From Haplodiscus bocki (lineage: Eukaryota): a stretch of 64,000 bases of DNA. This document shows, in pieces, positions 56,501 to 64,000 of the stretch (position 1 is its first letter; each line of letters opens with the position of its first letter). The position numbers and the translations under genes are program-made. The stretch is taken from positions 79,670,001-79,734,000 of the forward strand of contig OZ296653.1 in the NCBI GenBank assembly GCA_965655095.1, written 5' to 3'. Below the pieces are notes generated by a model that was not told where the DNA came from, searched no databases, and saw nothing but the letters and a program-made list of their open reading frames with translations.

Positions 56501-58931
56501 GAGGACTACGGCGATAATACATTGCACAGCTTCGGAATGCCTTTCTTCCACCACCTGGCTATACAAATAAAGTTTTACCGGGCCAAAAGGTGGTCTCTTG
56601 TGTATGATTGGGAGGAGTTAGATGTGAAGGACTATCGTATTCCAGCGTGCCAATATTGTATTCCATCTAACTTCTGCACTGTTGTGAAGAGTTCGCATAC
56701 AAGTTTCCATTATTTCCGGTTGCCTGCAAAAGAGTTGCACTCTCCACGGGAAACTGCCTACTTCAGCGGTTCAGATATAACGATTCCTGGTGGAGTTTTA
56801 TTTCCTGGAATTCAAACTTCTTCCCTCTGTTTTAAGTTTCAGCCTCCCCTTACCACGAGGGTAGCTTCATGATAACATTTTGAAGAAGAACACAACAGTC
56901 GGATTTTTGTTTCGGATGGAGTCCATACTTTTTTATGTTTCATGTCGTCCTTGAAACATTCTTTCCCCGACTTCGCTAGTGTCTGTTCCAGGATTTATTG
57001 TGTTGATGATGGGTTAAATTCTTCAATATTTTCAGAACAAGATTCAAACAACCGTCGGCATGGAAGGAGACATTCCGGGGTTCGTTCTTTTTCGTGACTT
57101 CAAATTGCGCTCATTTTGTAATCAACTTTTCATAATAGAATTCATGTTGATGGGTGGTTCCTCATTGCGCCTGATGCAACACGAACAAGATCCTTTTCCA
57201 AATGACAATTTGTAAAACTTATCGGATACCTTTCTTTATATGAAAAACTTCCGATTGGACAACTTTTTAGAAAAATTTATGGTTGTGTACATTTTGACTA
57301 CCGAAGACGAACATTTTAAAAATGCAACTTGCAATAATATCGAAAAACTCTGTCGACAAACTGTCGGTGTAATTTCTAAACCATTTTCCTAATTGAGTTC
57401 GTGCGTCTCGGCGTAAAATAAATTTAGGAGATTCTGACCTGGGAGATTTCGGCTTAGGAGATTTTGACATGAAAGCGCTATTTCATGTTGAGATGTCACT
57501 TATTTATTAATCAGTTGGATCCAGAAAAAATTAAATTGGTGGCTTATGACAAGTGTGAACAATTCGCGAAGAATTATTTCAAACGGAAATTTACTATTTC
57601 AGATTTGGCGCGTTCTGTAAGATATGAGTAATGCTCATGGCGTGGCAAACGCAAAGATTTCAAATCAATTTTGTTCAGAAATGTTTCGACAACATTCAAC
57701 CCGTCTTGAAGCAAGGGTTAAACTCTTCAATATTTTCAGAACATGATTCAAACAAACGCCGGCATGGAAGGAGACAAGGTGAGGAAGTAGCATCAAAGGT
57801 TTGGTTCGAAAGAGACGTTAATGAAATCTTTAGGGAGGGGAGGAGAGGGGTGAAATGCTCCGGCGCAAGATTCTTTTTTCTGACTCCGTAGATGAGTTTT
57901 TTGCGACCGAATGAATTCTCCTCCGTACCCCGAGCACTCCGAGGCAATGTAGCAAAACAAATATGCACATTGAGTGAAAACGCTGGCTCATAACTGAACC
58001 AAGGTCAATTTAAAGGGTTTTTGGGCACAAAGGGTCCTTGAGTCAAGTGTGGTCAGATCGAATCTGCTGTAGGTACAAATTGCGAGATTAGAGTTTCGGC
58101 GAAGGCTTCAGCTCATTGCTTCCAACATTGAATTGTTACTGTTAAGCATTGGTATTCGGAATTTCAAACAATCATGTCGATTGCCCATGTGTGAAAATAC
58201 TTTTCCCAAAAAAACTATGCAGAGGACTACGGCGATACTACATTGCACAGCTTCGGAATGCCTTTCTTCCACCACCTGGCTATACATATAAAGTTTTACC
58301 GTGCCAAAAGGTGGTCTCTTGTGTATGATTGGGAGGAGTTAGATGTGAAGGACTATCGTATTCCAGCGTGCCAATATTGTATTCCATCTAACTTCTGCAC
58401 TGTTGTGAAGAGTTCGCATACAAGTTTCCATTATTTCCGGTTGCCTGCAAAAGAGTTGCACTCTCCACGGGAAACTGCCTACTTCAGCCGCTCAGATATA
58501 ACGATTCCTGGTGGAGTTTTATTCCTTGGAATTCAAACTTCTTCCCTGTCTTGAGTTTCAGCTTCCCCTTACCATGAGGGTAGCTTCATGGTGACATTTT
58601 GAAAAAGGACACCACACTCTGATTTTTGTTTCGGACGGAGCCCATACTTATTTATTTTTCATATCGTCCTTGAAAGATTCTTTCCCCGACCTCGATTGTG
58701 TCTGTTCCAGCATTTCTTGTGTTGCTGATGGGTTAAATTCTTCAATATTTTCAGAACAACATTCAAACAACCATCGGCATGGAAGGAGACATTCCGGGGT
58801 CCGTTTATTTTTTATGACTTCAAATTGCGCTCATTTTGTAATCAACTTTTTACTATAGTATTCACGCTGATGGGTCTTTCGTCATTGCGCCTGACCCAAC
58901 ACGAATTAGATCCTTTTCCGAATGACATTTG

Positions 58932-61931
58932 CCAATCGCCGGGTCAGAACCACACGAATTAATTTGCAAAATTCGAACCTCTTTCACCGGAAAGGATACT
59001 TTCTCTGGGTAGTCTCAAGACTTATAAGGTTTATTCCAATCCGTACTAATTCGACTGTCAATTTCTAGCAATTCTGCTGGAAGCATTCGTGCTTTTGTCC
59101 TGTATGCTTTCGGACCAAGAACTCTTCTGCCAATAAGATGAGGTGAAAATTTTTGGTGTTACCAGGGGATGAGATGAGCAATCATCAGGAGTGCTTACGA
59201 GTACAAGCTCCGGTTTTTGAGAATCATCGGCAAGAGATTGGTCTTGGTGATCAAAAAGAAGATATGAGTCATGCATGTCAGCATAGAACATTGTCCAGAT
59301 GAAGTTGATGACAATTGTGATTGTTCGTTGTCTTTTTCGAAAAGTGAAGATTCAATGGAGTTGTTAGAGGCGATGTGGATGACCGGTTTGTTTTATGACT
59401 CCTGCCGCAATATCATGAACTTATATTTCCTGTTTTACCTCGAATACATAAGGGAATGAACATCCAAGGATGCCATAGCACGAAATACAGATACAAATAC
59501 AACGTCAAAAAGATTGAAATGAATATGCATAACAGTATTGTATTTGTTTTTTCTGCAGTTTTCGGGAGCCACCCCGACTTTTATTATAAACTGATACTTG
59601 ACAGAAAACAAGAAAACTGCAAATATATGAGAAAAGTTTGAACACTATGGAACATCAAGCGGGGCTTTTGACTCGAAAAATCTTTTAGTTCCTAAAGTTC
59701 ACTCTCCGTATCGTTGACAATCTCGACTCGCGATCGAGGAACAGACTGTCCGTTCTCAGTCAAGTCGGGATCGCTCGTAGTTAGTGTCGGAGCAGGTTCT
59801 CTGACTTTCGCTGCAGGAACTGTGACATTTCTGGAAACTACCGAGAGGACTATTGTGATTTTTCTCTACCGCCGTTGCATGCACGCTTTCAAAGTTTCTA
59901 GCTTTCTTTGCTACATACTTGGCAGCGGCATCACTATCTTTACCAAGCACTGTAACTAAGGGTTTGACTGCAAAATCTCCCGCAGGAGTGCGCAAAAAGC
60001 GGGGCACCAAAGCACGAATAAAATTGAATTTATAATTCAGCTGGGAACATGACAAGCACATGTAAAAACAGGTTCGCGCTAAAGATAAAAATGGTAAGAT
60101 ACACTCAATCGCAATGGTACACAGGTGCTTAATTTATTAATCAATATTGATTTTAACTGCGTCCTGCGAGCAGCAAAAGGAGTAGCTAATTTATCTAACT
60201 AAATGGCATTCACTACATGCTGTGACTCAACTAACTTGGCTCGTACTTGTTACAAAAGCAGTCGTCCCGTTCCATGGCTAAACTAACGTAACGTAAAGGC
60301 ATCCGTTGCCGATGTGACGAGCCATATCCCACATCTAAGATTTACAGCATTCTCAGCCGTAGGGAGCGTATTCTGCTCTAGCTCGCACACTTATAAAGCA
60401 GCAATTGCATTGTGAAAGTAAAACTCAGCTAAACGGACTTTGACCCACATCGGTTTCCATCTTCTTATGGCCAACGTTGTAGCGGGGATATCCAAGACAA
60501 TCTTCAAACTGTTCAATTGATAAGACAGTTGATTCCATGGTATTTTCACTCACAGCTAAATAAGGTCCTTCAACTTTCCATTGCAAGGCGACGCCCGCTT
60601 CTTTCTCCGGCAACGGAATCAAATGCGCCGATAGACATCGAATGCGGTTTTACTTAACGCTAAGGAAAGGCTAGTGTTTACAATAAACCTTGGGGGATCT
60701 GTTAAAATCTCTCGCACTAACTTGGCATCGTCTTAAGACATAATGTCTTGCATAGGAATTGCTGATGTGAGTCGATCAAGCGCCTGCATCCGGGTTTCAT
60801 TTACTGATTCGAGGACAGCGATAAGAGATTTTCGTGGGACAAAAGATATGGGTAGTCGTTTCTCAAGCAAACTAGGAACAACGTTCAAATTGAGTCGGTT
60901 GGCATAGAGCGCCGTTCGGTAACTGTTGATATCCCTGTATAGTGTTAGCAACAAAGCTGCTACCGTATCATAATTAAATTCAATTGCTGTTGGGTGTAAA
61001 TTAGTTGTGTGCAATCGTGAAGAGTATGAAAGTTGTTACTGAAAACTTCAGATTGTTCTTCACTGCTTGCCAATTCTGATTATGGTTGGCTTCCGTATCT
61101 TGTTGAATTTTGAGAAGGGATTTCAACACATTATAAACTAGCAGAAATTTCTCTTGATCCTCATGAGTCGCTTCCATTACAAAATCCGTGAGTGCTGATG
61201 AGTGCTGTGATAACTTATTAAGGTTCTCAGCATTACGCCGGCCATTCTCTTGACAAGACCCGAAGATTCCCGTAATTTCACTACATTGATTCCCCATTAA
61301 AACTCCGGAACCAAATACACCGATCCCATCACGAGCTGTCGCTACTGTTGGAAGAGCTCTCTTTTGTCGGTGACTGTGGGGTTCATCAGACGCCAAAAGA
61401 AGCGCTGTTTCATTTCCCACATCGATGACATCTTGTTTTGCAAGGCCCATTTCTTATAAAGCCAGTCAAAATTGAAGGGTTCACTAGAAGCACTAAATGG
61501 ATGAGATTCGTTCATGGGGCAAAAGGTAGTAGGTGTAGCCCACATATCAGCTGACGTTTGTAAGCGTGCTTCAACTTGAAACTTGACTTCAAAAGTGCAT
61601 TTTGAAAATGCACCAAAAAATCAATATTGATGAATTTCTCTACAAGAAGTATTTTTGACACTTCGTGAGAAGAATGCAACTGCCAAAACTTTTGCATACA
61701 TACTGATCGTTACTTTCTTGTTACGGAATGCAAGTTAGATTGTGCGGTGAACCAAAGCAAAAGGAATGCGACATTTTTCATCAAAATATTGAGCGAGTTG
61801 ATGATAGCTGATCTCTTTGAATATTGACTCTTGTGGTAGGTGTCACTTTTCAAAAGGTTTATTGTGGTGTGAAGGAAGTTGACTTTGAACGCCTTTTCTA
61901 CTATTCGAAGTATGTGGTGGAAGTGAGCCAA
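58932..61931 (-). mobile_element. Remnant of an env-bearing LTR retrotransposon or endogenous viral element; boundaries uncertain
   Basis: Inferred from the intronless decayed env and the adjacent same-strand decayed coding-like sequence. No gag or pol motifs and no paired LTRs were identified in the window. Confidence 0.5.
59756..61781 (-). pseudogene. env: Degenerate envelope glycoprotein (class I fusion protein-like env, as in env-bearing LTR retrotransposons; baculovirus F / errantivirus Env-like architecture)
   Basis: Collinear minus-strand fragments, interrupted by several stops and frameshifts. (1) Signal-peptide-like MKNVAFLLLWFTAQS from 61,781. (2) MWATPTTFCP. (3) Furin site RQKR at 61,369-61,358, followed directly by a small/hydrophobic fusion-peptide-like ALPTVATARDGIGVFGSGVLMG. 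(4) Heptad-like region NAENLNKLSQHSSALTDFV...LKSLLKIQQ. (5) SLLEKRLPISFVPRKSL, resembling the L-x-P-x-[LF]-[IV]-x-P motif of F-like Env. (6) IPLPEK...WKVEGPYLAVSE...QFEDC and LPTAENAVNLRCGIWLVTSA. (7) TM-like YLTIFIFSANLFLHVLVMF at ~60,102-60,046. (8) A basic cytoplasmic tail ending at 59,756. Confidence 0.8.
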
Positions 61932-62694
61932 CCACTCTGTTGACTAAAGATGGTCGCCGATCTAGAACCTCTGTTCATGTGAACTAAATATAAAATTCTA
62001 ATGTCAATGTCAATGTATTCAATAACCTCTACTGTCTTCTTCACGTGTCAACTTGTCAATAACCTCTATCAAATATGGTGAAAAGCACCAAAGATAAAGC
62101 TCTGTAGGTGATGTACAAACGATACAGACTTTTCAGAAGCTGTTCAATATGTCCTGCCCTCGAAATGTTGAAAGTAGAGTTAACGATAGAATGTTGTAGA
62201 AATGGTACAGTAGCAATCAGGAACGGTGTAACAGCCTTCAGCAGAAAACTTTACCCACTCAGTAGAAAATTAGCCTGTAGTATAGCTCCTCAGATAGAAG
62301 AACCTCCCGAGACTCATAGACTATTTTACGCCTGCACGGTATTATTATTATCTATTATCGTAGTAAGCGACCTAGTTTGAAATGTTGGAGACAAAATCGT
62401 AGTTATTTGATAAAAATAGTTTAATTAATGTTGTAAAAAGTAACATATCGTAAACATAGTCTCGTATAAATAGTTAACCAGTGGTCGTACAAAGAGCTTT
62501 GTAGATAATATATACCAGATTTTAATTATTAGTAGAGATCTATTTATTATTTAATTCGGTGGTAACTTTTGTTATTCATTTATATAACCAGAATGGATTA
62601 ATTACACAAGACGGCCGGCTACCACCGGCATAATTTGCGCCTCCCAATTTTTGTAAACAAGGCTTTTAGAAAGATGAAAACATTTTCTTTTCAC

Positions 62695-62809
62695 GGCAAC
62701 CTCTGCAATCTTGGCAGTCTCGGAAATCTTAGCACTCTATGTTTTTATGGTATACTTGGCAGTATTGGCATGTTTGGTTTTTTGGCATTTTTGTTTTTTG
62801 GCTTTTTAG
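62695..62809. repeat. Degenerate 9-bp-period minisatellite (GCA(A/G)TCTTG-like)
   Basis: GCAACCTCT GCAATCTTG GCAGTCTCG GAAATCTTA GCACTCTAT GTTTTTATG GTATACTTG GCAGTATTG GCATGTTTG ..., grading into T-rich copies. Confidence 0.65.
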
Positions 62810-64000
62810 TAAAAAAATTTCACGCGAACCAGCATCGCTCTTGCGCGAGCTCAATTGCCAAACATCCGGTGAAAATACGGACCTGTTTGAGAGGAAGATT
62901 TTACTTCGTATTCATTAAAATTACGTCAAGGGACGTAAACAATTTAATGATGTCGATTGTTACCGACTTTAAGAACGAAAATGAATGCGGATGAACGTGC
63001 CTGTTAAATTTCCTTTCTGCGTTAAAACACGAAGGAAGTGACTTTGACTGGCCCAATTTTCTCTCACAGAAGGACCGGCAAGTGATTCGGGACCACTCAC
63101 GCATTTTGACCGAGCCTGGTAATCTGCTCTAATAGGGGAAAAATGCCAACCCTCCCGGAATGTGTGGAAGCATTGGGGAACCTACATCCACCTGAGGCGG
63201 CACTGAACACACACGTCGCGTGCGGGACCAAGCGTCACATCTGGAGCAGAGGATATCGAAACTGCCTATTTTCCTCGGCGACAACCAGGCGGCCCCTGCT
63301 ACTTGAGTGAAAAAACAGCTGACACTCAGACCACAAAAACTACGAAAATTAAAAAACTCACGGCAGGTTTCAGATATAAACAAAATATGATGTTGCAAAG
63401 TCGTACGAGAATGTTTTGTGTTTCTTTGCACTCACACAAGGTCTAGTCATCTCTGCCAAACCTTCAGAGACCTATCAGCTGAAGAAATGATGCGTGGAGT
63501 TGGGGTACACCTTTCACAAAGACACCTTACAGCGTTACGAGGCCCAAGTTATGATTTGGAGGACCCCAATAACCTCTCATGGCTCGAATCCTACTGAGGT
63601 CGGAGCGGACTGTGCCATTAGTGCCCGCAGTACGTGCTAACAGGCAAACGCTCGAGTATGTATACAATGATCAAAAGAATACCAGAGAAGAATTAAGACA
63701 GAACTTCAAAGTTGTGATAAGCCTAGGTCGAAAAAGGAACGGAAACCGAGGATTCGACCAAGATCCGACAACGCCTAGTCAAGGCCACACGGTCACTAAT
63801 AGTCCTGGAGCTGGCGAAGACTCGCTTCGGCTACAGCGTGTCCGTATTTGACATCGAGGAAGGTCGCGGATCTGGAGGGTGCATTCCAGAATTCTGTGTA
63901 TGTCTTGCAGTACTTGGGAATGCCGAACGCACTAGGGGTGAACTGCCTTGTCTACTGGCGGTACCCAACAGGACAAGGGTGGACAATGTACCCACACAAA

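Larger units (their letters stand above)
1..58931. repeat. Macrosatellite: tandem array of ~1.72-kb monomers (~33 full-length plus 3 short ~704-bp monomers), truncated by the window start
   Basis: The anchor GACATGAAAGCGCTATTTCATG (or a near match) recurs 36 times, at ~457, 2179, 3905, 5619, 7342, 9024, 10708 ... 54030, 55749, 57470. Spacing is 1682-1726 bp apart from three ~702-704-bp intervals. The same ORF set repeats with this period. Homology stops after AATGACATTTG at ~58,931. Confidence 0.99.

Noticed and set aside
1-58931. CRISPR-like reading of the recurring 62-bp motif
   Set aside because: The intervening sequences are 0.64 and 0.96 kb long and are themselves repeated, not unique 25-45-bp spacers. 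No cas genes are present.
61782-61931. Integrase C-terminus upstream of env
   Set aside because: No DDE, GPY/F or chromodomain motif is visible, and the frame is short.
62108-62994. ORFs 62108-62380 and 62635-62994 as genes (the second looks like a membrane protein)
   Set aside because: Both have non-ATG starts and no recognisable motifs. The hydrophobic stretch is simply the translation of the T-rich 9-bp minisatellite.

Overview
About 92% of the window (1 to ~58,931) is one head-to-tail macrosatellite with a ~1.72-kb monomer. I count 36 anchor motifs: about 33 full-length monomers plus three ~704-bp deletion monomers. The array starts before the window and ends sharply at ~58,931. The many recurring 60-120 aa ORFs are the same few frames repeated in each monomer and are not supported as functional genes. 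Each monomer has a 62-bp internal direct repeat, which explains the short monomers, and also a 3x15-bp repeat, a small hairpin and an 18-19-nt polypurine tract. The array shows regional subfamilies, higher-order duplications and conversion-like patches. In the ~5 kb of unique flank, the clearest feature is a frameshifted minus-strand envelope (class I fusion protein-like) pseudogene at ~59,756-61,781. It has a signal peptide, an RQKR furin site, a fusion peptide, a heptad region, a TM segment and a tail, as in env-bearing LTR retrotransposons. Decayed coding-like sequence runs from just downstream of env into the terminal monomer on the same strand, so the satellite may have been amplified from part of an endogenous retroelement. 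The architecture looks eukaryotic, probably invertebrate, but this is inference and the organism cannot be identified from the sequence. I found no CRISPR array, rRNA, tRNA or recognisable intact gene.
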